Shown here: one piece after another, positions 44,201 to 59,900 of the stretch | Layout: every line of letters begins with the position of its first letter | Position numbering within the stretch: the first letter of the stretch is position 1 | Position numbers and translations under genes: made by a program | Source of the DNA: the human T2T-CHM13v2.0 reference genome, Homo sapiens | NCBI RefSeq assembly: GCF_009914755.1 | Contig: NC_060940.1 | DNA length: 64,000 bases | Reading direction: 5' to 3' (one strand) | The notes under the pieces: generated by a model | The model's database searches: none | Told to the model about the DNA's origin: nothing | What the model saw: the letters and a program-made list of their open reading frames with translations, nothing else

Positions 44201-47200
44201 ATTTCATTCGAGTCCCTTCATTGATTCCATCCGATTTCATTTCATGATGACTCCATTCGAGTCCATTCGATGATTCCACTCGATTCCTTTAGATGATTCC
44301 ATTGGAGTCCATTTGATTGTTCCATTCGATTCCATTCGATTCCTTTCGAAGATTATTCCATTTGAGTCCATTCGATGATGATTCCATTCCATTCCATTCG
44401 ATGATTCCGTTTGATTCCATTCGATGATTCCCTGCGATTCCTTTCTATGATGATTCCATTCCATTCCATTCAATGATTCCATTCGAATCTATTCCATGAT
44501 GATTCCTTTCGATTCCATTCGCTGATGTTTCCGTTCAATTCCATTCGATGATGATTCCATTCGATTCCATTCATTGAGGATTCCATTGGATTCCATTCAA
44601 TGATGATTCCATTCTATTCCATTCAATGATTGCATTCAATTCCATTCAATGATTATGCCATTAGAGTAAATTCAACGATTCCATTCAATACCATTCGATG
44701 ATGATTCCTTTTGAGTCCATTCAATGATTTCATTCAAGTCCATTTGATGATTCCTTTCAATTCCATTCCATGATGATTCCATTCGAGTCCATTCGATGAT
44801 TCCATTCGATTGCATTCGATGATTCCATTATATTCCATTCAACGATGATTCCATTCGAGTCCATTCGATGATTCCATTAGAGTACATTTAATGATTGCTT
44901 TGTTTTCAATTCGAAGATGATTACATTGGATTCCATTCTATGATTCCATTCGATTGCATTCATTGATGATTCCACCCAATTCCATTCGATGATGATTCCA
45001 TTCGATTTCAATGATTCTACTCGATTCCATTCAATGATGATTCAATTCTATTCCGTTTGATGATTCCATTAGATTCCATTCTATGATGATTCCATTCGAG
45101 TCCATTCGAAGATTTCATTCGATTACATTCCATGACGATTCCATTCGAGTCCATTCGATGATTCCATTTGAATCCATTCGACGATGATTCCATTTGATGC
45201 TATTCGATGATTCCATTGGATTCCATTCGATGATGATTCCATTCGACTTGATTTGATGTTTCTATTTGAGTCCATTCGGTTATTTTATTAGACTACATTC
45301 GATGATGATTCCATTCGATGCCATTCAATGATTCCATTTGATTCCACTCAATGATGATTGCATTCGTGTCCATTCGATGATTCCATTTGGTTCCATTTGA
45401 TGATGATTCCATTCGAGTCCATTCGATGATACCATTCAATTCCATTCGATGATCATTCCATTCGAATCCATTTGATGATTCCACTCAATTCCATTTGATG
45501 ACTCCTTTCATTCCCATTCGATGATTCCCTTCAGTTCCAATTGGATGATCTTTCCATTTGATTCAATATGGTGACTCCATTCTATTATATTCAATGATGA
45601 TTCCATTCGACTCCATTAGATGATGACTCCATTCCATTCCATTCGATTGTGATTTCATTCGATTCCATTCGAAGATGATTCCATTCGAGTCCATGTGATG
45701 ATTCCATTCGATTCCATTCAATGATGATTCCACTCAAATCCATTGGATGATTCCATTCGTTTCCAATTGGTGATTTCATTAGATTCCATTCGAGGATGAT
45801 TCTATTCGAGTCCATTCAATGATTCCATTGGATTCCGTTTGATAATGATTCCATTAGAGTTCATTCGATGATTCCCTTCGAGTCCATTCGATTATTTCTT
45901 TTGATTCCATTTGATGATGATTCCATTCGATTCCATTCAATGATTCCATTCCATTCCATTCGATGATGATTCCATTCGATAATGATTACATTCGAGCCCA
46001 TGTGATGATTCCATTAGATTCTATTCAATGATGATTCCATTCGACCACATTCGATGATGGCATTCGAGTCCATTCGATGATTTCACTCGATTCCACTTGA
46101 TGATGATTCCTTTTGAGTCCATTTGATGATTACATTCGAGTCCATGAGATGACTCCATTCGATTCCATTTCATGATGATGCAATTCGAGGCTATTCGATC
46201 ATCCCATTTTAGTGCATTCGGTGATTCTCTTTTATTACATTCGATGAGGGCTCCATTCGAGTCCATTCAATGATTCCATTAGATTCCACTCGATGATGAT
46301 TCCATTTGAGTCCATTCAAAGATTCCTTTCGAGTCCATTCGATAATTCTATTGGATTCCACTAGGTGATGATTCCTTTCGAGTCAATTCGATGATTCCTT
46401 TCAAGTGCCTTCAATGATTCCATTCGATTCCATTCGATGACGATTCATTTCAAGTCCATTCAATGGTTCCATTCTGTTGAATTTGATGGTTCCATTTGAT
46501 TCCATTCGATGATGATTCCATTCGTGTCCATTGGATGATTCCATTCGATTCCTTTCGAGGAAGATTCCATTCGACTCCATTCGATGATTCCGTTCGATTC
46601 CATTCCATGATGATTCCATTTGATTCCATTCCATGATTCCATTCGATACCATTCGATGATGATTCCATTCGACTCCATTTGATGAATCCATTCAATGCTT
46701 CCATTCGAGTCCATTCGATGATTCCATTCGATTCCATTCCATGAAGATTCCATTCGAGTACATTTGATGATTCCATTTAATTCCATAGGATGATGATTCT
46801 ATTAGGGTCCGTTGACTATTCCATTCAATTCCATTCGAAGATTCCATTCGAGTCCACTCGATGATTCTATTTGATTCCATTTGATAATTCCATTCGATTC
46901 CATTTGATGTTGATTCCATTCGAGTCCATTCGATCATTATTACATTTGATTCTATTCGATGATTCCATTCGATTCCATTTGATGAGGATTCCATTCGAGA
47001 CCATTTGATGATTCCATTCAATTCCATTGGATGATTCCAATATTTTCCATTAGATGATGATTCCATTCGATTCCATTCAATGATGATTCCATCAGAATCC
47101 ATTCGATGATGACTCCTTTTGCTTCCATTCAATGATCATTACATTCGGTTCCATTCGATGATGATTCCTTTGGATTCCATTCGATGATGCTTCCATTCGA

Positions 47201-50200
47201 TTCCATTTGATGATGATTCTTTTCGATTCCATTTGATGATGATTCCATTTGATTCCATTCGATGGTGATTCCATTTGATGATTCCATTCGATTGTATTCG
47301 ATGATGATTCCACTCGATTCTATTTGATGATGACTGCATTCGATTCCATTTGATGATTCCATTTGATTCCATTCGATGATGATTCTGATCAATTGCATTC
47401 GATGATCCATTCGATTCCATTTGATGGTTCCATTTGATTCCATTTGATAATGATTCCTTTCGAGTCCATTCGATGATTCCATTTGCGGATATTCGATAAT
47501 TCCATTTGAGTCCAACCGATGATTCCATTCGAGGCCATTCAATCATTCTTTTTGAGTCCTTTCGATAAAGATTCCATTTTAGTCCATTCAATAATTCCAC
47601 TGGAGTCCATTCGATGATTGCTTTTAATTCCATTCGATGATATTCCATTCGAGTCCATTCGATGATTCCATTCGTTGCTATTAGATGATGATTCCATTCA
47701 TGACCATTTGGTGATTCCATTCGATTTCATTCGTTGATGATTCCATTCGAGTCCATTCCATGATTCCATTCAAGTCCATTTGAAGATTTCTTTGAATTCA
47801 ATTCGATGATGATTCCATTCGAGTCCATTCGATGATTCCATTCAGTTCCATTCGATGATGATTCCTTTCGAGACCATATGATGATTCCATTTGATTTCAT
47901 TCGATGATGATTCCATTCGATTCCATTCGATGATTCCATTCTATTCCATTCGATGATGATTCCATTCGAGTCCATTTAATGATTCCATTGGGTTCAATTC
48001 AATGATGATTACATTGGATTCTCTTCTATGATACCATTCAATTCCGTTCATTGACAATTTGATTCCATTCGATGATGATTCCATTTGAGTTCATTCGATG
48101 ATTCTATTAGATTCTCTTCGATGGTGATTCAATTCTATTATATTGGATGATTCCATTCGATTCCATTTGATGTTGATTCAATTCGATTCTATTCGATGAT
48201 GATTCCATTGGATTTCATTTGATGATTCTATTCGATTCCATTCAATGATGATTCACTTCTCGTCCATTGGATGATTCCATTTCATTCCATTCGATGATGA
48301 TTCCATTCGATTCCATTCGATGATTCCATTTGATTCCATTCGACGGTGAGCAATTCGATTCAATTCCATGATGATTCTATTTGATTCAGTTAGATGATGT
48401 TTCCATTCGAATCCATTCCATGATTATTCCATTGGAATCCATTCGGCGATGATTCCATATGAGTCAATTCAATGATGCTTCCATATGGGTCAGTTCGATG
48501 ATAATTCCATTTGATTTCATTCGATGCTTCTATTCAATTCCAGTCGATGATGATTCCGTTGGAGTCCATACGATGACTCCATTTGATTTCATTTGATGGT
48601 GATTCCATTCGATTCCATTCGATGACTCCATTCTGTTCCATTCGATGATGATTCCATTCGAGTCCATTCGATGATTCCATTCGAGTCCATTTCATGATTC
48701 CATTGGGTTCAATTCGATGATGATTACACTGGATTCCATTCTATGATTCCATTCAATTCCATTCGTTGATGATTCGATTCCATTCAATGATGATTCCATT
48801 TGAGTTCATTCGATGATTCTATTCGATTCCGTTCGATGGTGATTCAATTCTATTATATTGGATGATTCCATTCGATTCCATTTGATGATGATTCCATTCG
48901 ATTCCATTCGATGATGATTCCATTTGATTCCATTTGATGTTGATTCTATTCGATTCTATTCAATGATGATTCCATTCGATTTCATTTGATGATTCTATTC
49001 GATTCCTTTCGATGATTCTATTCCATTCCATTCGATGATGATTCAATTCTCTTCCATTGGATGATTCCATTTTATTCCATTCGACGATGACTCCATTTGA
49101 TTCCATTCAATGATGATTCCATTCGATTCCATTCGGTGATTCCATTTGATTCCATTCGACGGTGAGCAATTTGATTCAATTCCATAATGATTCTATTTGA
49201 TTCAATTAGATGATGTTTCCATTCGAATCCATTCGGTGATGATTCCATTGGTATCCATTTGACGATGATTCCATATGAGTCAATTCGATGATGATTCCAT
49301 ACGAGTCCGTTGGATGATAATTCCATTTGATTTCATTCAATCCTTCTATTCGATTCCATTTGATGATGATTCCATCTGAATCCATTCTCCGATTCCATTC
49401 GATTTCATTCGATGCTTCTATTTGATTTCATTCGAAGATGATTCCTTTCAATTCCGTTCATTAATTCCATTTGATTCCATTCGATGATGATTCCATCCGA
49501 TTCCATTGGATGATGATTCCATTCGAGTCCATTCGATGATTCCGTTCTAATCCATTCTATGATTCCATTCGAGTCCATTCGATGATTCCATTCGATTCCA
49601 TTCAGTGATGATTCCATTTGATTCCATCTGATGATGATTTCATTTGATTCCATTCGATGATGATTCCATTGGAGTCCATTGAATGATTCAATTCAATTCC
49701 ATTCCATGTGGATTCCATTCGAATTCATTCGATTATTCCATTCAAATCCCTTCGTTGATTCCATCTGATTCCACTTGACGATGATTCCATTCAAGTCCAA
49801 TCGATGATTCCATTCGGTTCCATTCAATGATTCCATTCGAGTCCATTTATGTATTATATTCGTGTCCACTTGATGACTCACTCCATTCAATTCCATTTAA
49901 TGATGATTCCATTTGATTCCATTTGATGATTCAGTTCGATTCCTTACAATGATTCCCTACGATTCCTTTCTATGATGATTCCATTCGATTCCATTCATTG
50001 ATGATTCCATTCGACTCCATTCAATGATGATTCCTTTCGATTCCATTTGACGATGTTTCCATTTGAGTCCATTCGATGATGATTCCATTGGTATCCATTC
50101 GACGATGATTCCATATGAGTCAATTCGATGATGATTCCATACGAGTCCGTTGGATGATAATTCCATTTGATTTCATTCAATCCTTCTATTCGATTCCATT

Positions 50201-50916
50201 TGATGATGATTCCATCTGAATCCATTCTCCGATTCCATTCGATTTCATTCGATGCTTCTATTTGATTTCATTCGAAGATGATTCCTTTCAATTCCATTCA
50301 TTAATTCCATTTGATTCCATTCGATGATGATTCCATCCGATTCCATTGGATGATGATTCCACTCGAGTCCATTCGATGATTCCGTTCTAATCCATTCTAT
50401 GATTCCATTCGAGTCCATTCGATGATTCCATTCGATTCCATTCAGTGATGATTCCATTTGATTCCATCTGATGATGATTTCATTTGATTCCATTCGATGA
50501 TGATTCCATTGGAGTCCATTGAATGATTCAATTCAATTCCATTCCATGTGGATTCCATTCGAATTCATTCGATTATTCCATTCAAATCCCTTCGTTGATT
50601 CCATCTGATTCCACTTGACGATGATTCCATTCAAGTCCAATCGATGATTCCATTCGGTTCCATTCAATGATTCCATTCGAGTCCATTTATGTATTATATT
50701 CGTGTCCACTTGATGACTCACTCCATTCAATTCCATTTAATGATGATTCCATTTGATTCCATTTGATGATTCAGTTCGATTCCTTACAATGATTCCCTAC
50801 GATTCCTTTCTATGATGATTCCATTCGATTCCATTCATTGATGATTCCATTCGACTCCATTCGATGATGATTCCTTTCGATTCCATTTGACGATGTTTCC
50901 ATTTGAGTCCATTCGA
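38248..50916 (+). repeat. Higher-order repeat unit 4 (12,669 bp = core + 840)
   Basis: Landmarks 38508 to 51177 and GTCGAC 39909 to 52578. Confidence 0.93.
49237..50916 (+). repeat. Tandem duplication of the 840-bp module (49237-50076; 50077-50916)
   Basis: Identical ORF pairs at 49405/50245 and 49693/50533, offset 840. Confidence 0.92.
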
Positions 50917-53900
50917 TGATGATTCAATTCAGTTCTGTTCTATTATGAATCCATTCGATTTCATTCAATGCTTCTATTTGATTCCATTCGACGATGATTC
51001 CATCTCTTTCCCTTCGATGTTTCCATTTGATTCCATTCAGTGATGATTCCATTTGATTCCATCTGATGATGATTTCACTTGATTCATTTCAATGATGATT
51101 CCATTCAAGTCCATTCGATGATTCCATTGGAGTCCAAACGATCATTCCATTCGATTCCATTCAATGATGATTCCATTCATGTCCATTCAATGAATCCTTT
51201 CAATTCCATTCGATGATGACTCCATTCGAGTACATTCGATGATTCCATTTGATTCCATTTGATGATGATTACATTCAATTCCATTCGAAGATGATTCCAT
51301 TCAATTCCACTTGATGATGATTCCGTATGAATCCATTCGCTGATTATTCCATTCGATTCCATTCATTGACGATTCCATTCAATTCCATTCAATGATGATT
51401 CTCTTCTATTCCATTCGATGATTCCGGTCGATTCCATTCGATGATGATTCCATTAGATTCCATTCGATTGTTGCATTCGATTCCCTTCGATGATGATTCC
51501 TTTGAATTCCATTCGATTATGATTCCGTATGAATCCATTTGATGATTATTCCATTGGATTCCTTTCGATGATGATTCCATTCGATTCCATTTGATGATGT
51601 TTCTCATGTATTCCATTTGATAATTCCTTTCAATTCCCTTCGATGATGATTCTTTCGAGTCAATTCGATGATTCTATTCCATTCCCTTCGATGATGATTC
51701 CATTTCACTCCATTCGATGATTCCATTCGATTCAATTTGGTGATGATTCAATTCGATGACATTCGATGACTCCATTCAATTTCATTTGATGATGATTACA
51801 TTCGAGTCCATTTGATGATTGTATTCCTTTCCTTTTGATGATTATTCCATTCGTGTCTATTCAAAGATTCCATTCTATTCCATTCAATGATGATTCCAAT
51901 TGATTCCATTCAATGATTATGGCTATCGATTCCACTCGTTGATTCCATTTGATTCCATTCGATGATTATTCCGTTAGATTCCATTAGGAGATTCCATTCG
52001 ATTTTATTCAATGATTCCAATTGATTCCATTCAATGATGATTCCATTTGACTCCATTCAGTGATTCCATTTGAGTCCATTTGATGATTCCATTCGAGTCC
52101 ATTTGATGATTCCATTCTTTTCCATTTGATGATGATTCCATTAGGGTCCATTCAATGATTCCATTCGAGTCCATTCGTTAATGCCTTTCGAGTCCTTTTG
52201 ATCACTACATTCGAGTCCATTCAATGATTCTATTCGATTCCATTCCATGATGATTCCATTCGAGTTCATTCGATGATTGCATTCGAGTCCATTTGATGAT
52301 TCCATAAGATTCCATTCGACAATGATTCCATTCGTGTCCATTTGATGATTCCATTCATTTCCTATCGATGAAGATTCCATTCGAGTGTATTCGATGATTC
52401 CATTCAAATCCATTCGATGATGATTCCATTCCAGTCCATTCGATCATTCCACTTGATTCCATTTGATGACTATTCCATTCAAATCCATTTGATGATTCCA
52501 TTCGATTCCATTCGATGTTACCATTCCAGTATATACGATGATTCCACTCGATTCCATTTGATGATTATTCCATTGGAGTCGACTTAGTGAATCCTTTAGA
52601 TTCTACTCGAAGATGATTCCATTCGAGTCCATTCGATGATACCATTCAATTCCATTCGTTGATGCTTCCATTCAAGTGCATTCGATGATATCATTCGATT
52701 CCATTTGATGATAATTCCATTTGATTCCATGTGATGATTCTATTCCATTCCATTCAATGATAATTCCATTCAATTCAGTGATTCCTCTGGACTCCATTTG
52801 ATGATGATTCCATTCAATGATTCCATTCGATTCTATTCGAAAATGATTCCATTTGAATCCATTTGATGATGATTCCATTCGATTCCATTTGATGATTCCA
52901 TTCGATTCCATTCGACGATGATTCCATTCGATTCCATTTGATGATTCCATTCTATTCTATTCGATGATGATTCCATTCGATTCCATTCGATGATGATTGG
53001 ATTCGATTCCATTTGATGATTTCATTTGATTCCATTCGATGATGATTTCGATCAATTCCATTCGATGATTCCATTCGATTCCATTTGATAATGATTACAT
53101 CCGAGTCCATTCGATGATTCCATTTGAGCCCGTTCGATAATTCCATTTGAGTCCAATCAATGATTCCATTCATTTCCATTCAATGATTCCATTCGAGTCC
53201 ATTTGATCATTCCGGTAGGGTCCGTTCGATGTTGATTCCATTGGAGTGCATTCGATGATTCCATTCGAGTCCATTTTAGGATTTGATTCGAGTCCTTTCG
53301 ATGATTCCATTCGATTCCACTCGATGCGATGATGATTTCATTCGAGTCCATTCGACACTTCCAATCGATTCCATTTGATGTTTCCATTCGAGTCCAATTG
53401 ATGATTCCATTCAATTCCATTCGATGATGATTCCGTACGATTCCATTCTGTGATGATTCCATGTGATTGCATTCAATGATGATTCCTTTCGATTGCATTC
53501 GATTATGATTCATTTCGTGTTCATTCTATGGTTCCACAGGTTTCACATCGTGTCCATTCCATTATTCCATTCTATTCCATTTGATGATGATTCCATTCGA
53601 TTCCATTCATTGGTGATTCCACTCAATTCCATTCAATGATTCCATTCCATTTCTTTCAAAAATGATTCCATTAGTTTCTAATCGATGATCCACTTGATTC
53701 CATTTGACGATGATTCCATTCTTGTCCATTCGATGATTCCATTTGATTCCATATGATGATGATTCCATTCGATTCCATACGATGATGATTCCATTCGAGT
53801 CCATTCAATGGTGATTCCATTCAATTCCATTCGATGATTCCTTTCGATTCCATTTGATGATGATGGCATTCGATTCCTTTCAATCATTCCCTTTGATTCC

Positions 53901-56900
53901 ACTCAAAGGTGATTTCATTCAAGTCCATTCGATAATTGCATTCGATTCCATTCTATGATGATTCCATTCGAGTCCATTTGATGATTCCATTCAATTCAAG
54001 TCAATGATGATTCCATTCGATTCCATTCGATGATTCCATTGGATTCCATTCGATGATGATTCCATTCAAATCCATTCGATAATTCAATTCACGTCCATTC
54101 GATGATGATTCCAATCGAATCCATTCAAAGATTCCATTCAATTCCATTCGATGATTCCCTTAGATTCCATTCGATGATTCCACTTGATTCCATTTACGAT
54201 GATTCCATTCGATTCCATGTGATGATTCCATTCAATTCTATTCAATGATGTTTCCATTTGATTCCATTCGACCATGATTGCCTTTGATTCCATTCAATGA
54301 TTCCATTCGGTTCCGTTTGATGATGATTCCGTTCGATTCCATTTGATGATTCCATTTGATTCCATTGGATGAGTCCATTCGATTACATTCGATGATTATT
54401 CCATTCGAGTGCATTAGATGATTCCATTCGAGTCCATTCGATGATTCCATTCGAGTCCATTCGATGATTCCATTCGATTCCATTCGATGTTGATTCTGTT
54501 CAAATCCATTCGATGATTCCACTCGATTCCATTCGATGACTCCATTTGATCCCATTCGATGATTTCCTTTGATTCCCTTTGATGATCATTCCATTTGATT
54601 CAATTCGGTGATTTCATTTGATTCCATTCAGTGATGTTTCCATTCGACTCCATTCGATGATGATTCCATTCGACTCCATTCGATTATGATTTCATTCAAT
54701 TCCATTCGATAAAGATTCCCTTCGAGTCCAATCGATGATTCCATTCGATTCCATTCAACGATGATTTGATTCGTGTCCATTCGATGATTCCATTTGATTC
54801 CACTTGATGATGATTCCATTCGAGTCCATTTGATGATTCCATTCAATTCCATTCTCCGATGATTTCTTTTGAGCCCATTCAATGCTTCCACTCGATTACA
54901 TATGATGATGACTCCATTCGATGAAACTCGATGATGATTCCATTCGCTTGCATTCGATGATGGTTCCACTTGAGTCCGTTAGAAGTTTCTATTCAATTAC
55001 ATTCCATGACGATTCCGTTCGAGTCCATTTGATGATTCCATTACACTCCATTCGAGAATGATTCCATTCAATGTTATTCGATGATTCCATTCGATCTCAT
55101 TCGATGATGATTCCATTCAACTCCATTCGATGTTTCCATTCGAGTTCATTCTATTATTCCATTAGATTCCATTCGATGATGATTCCATTCGATTCCATTT
55201 GATGATTGCATTCTATTTCATTTGATGATGATTCCATTCGAGTCCATTCGATGATTCCATTCGAGTCCATTTAATGAATCCATTGGTTTCAATTCTATGA
55301 TGATTACATTGGATTCCATTCGTTGATGATTTCATTCGATTCCATTCAATGATGATTCCATTCAATTCCATTCAATGATTCCATTCAATTCCATACGATG
55401 ATGATTCCATTTGATTTGATTCGACAGTGAGCCATTCAATTCAATTCCATGATGATACTATTTGATTCACTTGGTTGACATTTCCATTCGATTCCATTCG
55501 ATGATGATTCCATTTGATTCCATTCAAAGATGATTCCATTCTAGCCCATTCAATCATTCCATTCGATTCTATTCAATGATGATTCCATTCATGTCGATTT
55601 GGTGATTCCATTTGACTTCATTTGATGATGATTCCTTTCAAGTTCATTAGATGATTCCATTCGATTCCATTTGATGATGATCCCATTCGAGTCCATTCAG
55701 TGATTCCACTCGTTTCCATTCCATGATGATTCCATTCCATTCCATTCAATGATTCCATTCGATTCCGTTTGATGATGATTTCATTCGAGTCCATTTGATG
55801 ATTCCATTTGATTCCATTCGATGATGATTCCATTCGAGTCCATTCGATGATTCTATTCGAATCCATTTGATGATTTCTTTTGATTATATTTGGTGATGAT
55901 TCCATTGGAGTCCATTCAATGATTCCATTCGATTCCAATCGATGGTGGTTCCATTAGAGTCCATTTAATGATTCCATTTGATTCCAGTCTCTGATGTTTA
56001 CATTCGAGTCCATACGATGATTCCACTGAATTCCATATGATGATGATTCCATTCGATTCCATTCGATGATTCCATTCTATTCTATTCAATGGTGATTCCA
56101 TTCGAGTACATTAGATGATTCCATTCGATTCCATTCAATGATGATTCTATTTGTGTCCCTTAGATGATTCCACATGATTCCATTAGATGATGATACTACT
56201 TGAGCCCATCCAATCATTATCTTCGATTCCATTCGATGAGGATTCCATTCGATTCAATTCATTGGTGATTCTATTCAATTCAATTCTTTGATTCCATTCC
56301 ATTCCATTCGACAATGATTCCATTCGATTTCTTTCGATGATTCCACTCGATTCCACTTGACATTGATTCCATTCGATTCCATTCAATGATTCCATTTGAT
56401 TCCAGTGGATGATGATTGCCATCGATTCCATTTGATCACTCCATTCTATTCCATTTGATGATGATTACATTCGATTCCATTTGATGATTCCATCTGATTC
56501 TATTCGAGGATTCCATTTGATTCCATTCGATGATGATTCCATTCGAGTCCATTCGATGATTTCATTCGAGTACATCCAATGATTCCATTCGAGTCCATTT
56601 GATGATTCCATTTCATTCCATTTGATTATGATTCTACTAGAGTCCATTCAATGACTCCATTCGAGTCCATTCAACAATTCCATCCGAGTCCATTCGATGA
56701 TTCCATTCGATTCCATTTGATGATTCCATTCGAGTCCATTTAATCATTACAGTCGAGTCCATTTGGTGATTCCACTGGATTTCTTTTGATAATGATACCA
56801 TTCAATTACATTTGATGATGATCCCATTCAATTTCATTTGATGATGATTCCATTAGAGTCCATTCCATGATTTCATTCGAGTCCCTTCATTGATTCCATC

Positions 56901-59900
56901 CGATTTCATTTCATGATGACTCCATTCGAGTCCATTCGATGATTCCACTCGATTCCATTAGATGATTCCATTGGAGTCCATTTGATTGTTCCATTCGATT
57001 CCATTCGATTCCTTTCGAAGATTATTCCATTTGAGTCCATTCGATGATGATTCCATTCCATTCCATTCGATGATTCCGTTTGATTCCATTCGATGATTCC
57101 CTGCGATTCCTTTCTATGATGATTCCATTCCATTCCATTCAATGATTCCATTCGAATCTATTCCATGATGATTCCTTTCGATTCCATTCGCTGATGTTTC
57201 CGTTCAATTCCATTCGATGATGATTCCATTCGATTCCATTCATTGAGGATTCCATTTGATTCCATTCAATGATGATTCCATTCTATTCCATTCAATGATT
57301 GCATTCAATTCCATTCAATGATTATGCCATTAGAGTAAATTCAACGATTCCATTCAATACCATTCGATGATGATTCCTTTTGAGTCCATTCAATGATTTC
57401 ATTCAAGTCCATTTGATGATTCCTTTCAATTCCATTCCATGATGATTCCATTCGAGTCCATTCGATGATTCCATTCGATTGCATTCGATGATTCCATTAT
57501 ATTCCATTCAACGATGATTCCATTCGAGTCCATTCGATGATTCCATTAGAGTACATTTAATGATTGCTTTGTTTTCAATTCGAAGATGATTACATTGGAT
57601 TCCATTCTATGATTCCATTCGATTCCATTCATTGATGATTCCCCCCAATTCCATTCGATGATGATTCCATTCGATTTCATTCAATGATTCTACTCGATTC
57701 CATTCAATGATGATTCAATTCTATTCCGTTTGATGATTCCATTAGATTCCATTCTATGATGATTCCATTCGAGTCCATTCGAAGATTTCATTCGATTACA
57801 TTCCATGACGATTCCATTCGAGTCCATTCGATGATTCCATTTGAATCCATTCGACGATGATTCCATTTGATGCTATTCGATGATTCCATTGGATTCCATT
57901 CGATGATGATTCCATTCGACTTGATTTGATGTTTCTATTTGAGTCCATTCGGTTATTTTATTAGACTACATTCGATGATGATTCCATTCGATGCCATTCA
58001 ATGATTCCATTTGATTCCACTCAATGATGATTGCATTCGTGTCCATTCGATGATTCCATTTGGTTCCATTTGATGATGATTCCATTCGAGTCCATTCGAT
58101 GATACCATTCAATTCCATTCGATGATCATTCCATTCGAATCCATTTGATGATTCCACTCAATTCCATTTGATGACTCCTTTCATTCCCATTCGATGATTC
58201 CCTTCAGTTCCAATTGGATGATCTTTCCATTTGATTCAATATGGTGACTCCATTCTATTATATTCAATGATGATTCCATTCGACTCCATTAGATGATGAC
58301 TCCATTCCATTCCATTCGATTGTGATTTCATTCGATTCCATTCGAAGATGATTCCATTCGAGTCCATTTGATGATTCCATTCGATTCCATTCAATGATGA
58401 TTCCACTCAAATCCATTGGATGATTCCATTCGTTTCCAATTGGTGATTTCATTAGATTCCATTCGAGGATGATTCTATTCGAGTCCATTCAATGATTCCA
58501 TTGGATTCCGTTTGATAATGATTCCATTAGAGTTCATTCGATGATTCCCTTCGAGTCCATTCGATTATTTCTTTTGATTCCATTTGATGATGATTCCATT
58601 CGATTCCATTCAATGATTCCATTCCATTCCATTCGATGATGATTCCATTCGATAATGATTACATTCGAGCCCATGTGATGATTCCATTAGATTCTATTCA
58701 ATGATGATTCCATTCGACCACATTCGATGATGGCATTCGAGTCCATTCGATGATTTCACTCGATTCCACTTGATGATGATTCCTTTTGAGTCCATTTGAT
58801 GATTACATTCGAGTCCATGAGATGACTCCATTCGATTCCATTTCATGATGATGCAATTCGAGGCTATTCGATCATCCCATTTTAGTGCATTCGGTGATTC
58901 TCTTTTATTACATTCGATGAGGGCTCCATTCGAGTCCATTCAATGATTCCATTAGATTCCACTCGATGATGATTCCATTTGAGTCCATTCAAAGATTCCT
59001 TTCGAGTCCATTCGATAATTCTATTGGATTCCACTAGGTGATGATTCCTTTCGAGTCAATTCGATGATTCCTTTCAAGTGCCTTCAATGATTCCATTCGA
59101 TTCCATTCGATGACGATTCATTTCAAGTCCATTCAATGGTTCCATTCTGTTGAATTTGATGGTTCCATTTGATTCCATTCGATGATGATTCCATTCGTGT
59201 CCATTGGATGATTCCATTCGATTCCTTTCGAGGAAGATTCCATTCGACTCCATTCGATGATTCCGTTCGATTCCATTCCATGATGATTCCATTTGATTCC
59301 ATTCCATGATTCCATTCGATACCATTCGATGATGATTCCATTCGACTCCATTTGATGAATCCATTCAATGCTTCCATTCGAGTCCATTCGATGATTCCAT
59401 TCGATTCCATTCCATGAAGATTCCATTCGAGTACATTTGATGATTCCATTTAATTCCATAGGATGATGATTCTATTAGGGTCCGTTGACTATTCCATTCA
59501 ATTCCATTCGAAGATTCCATTCGAGTCCACTCGATGATTCTATTTGATTCCATTTGATAATTCCATTCGATTCCATTTGATGTTGATTCCATTCGAGTCC
59601 ATTCGATCATTATTACATTTGATTCTATTCGATGATTCCATTCGATTCCATTTGATGAGGATTCCATTCGAGACCATTTGATGATTCCATTCAATTCCAT
59701 TGGATGATTCCAATATTTTCCATTAGATGATGATTCCATTCGATTCCATTCAATGATGATTCCATCAGAATCCATTCGATGATGACTCCTTTTGCTTCCA
59801 TTCAATGATCATTACATTCGGTTCCATTCGATGATGATTCCTTTGGATTCCATTCGATGATGCTTCCATTCGATTCCATTTGATGATGATTCTTTTCGAT

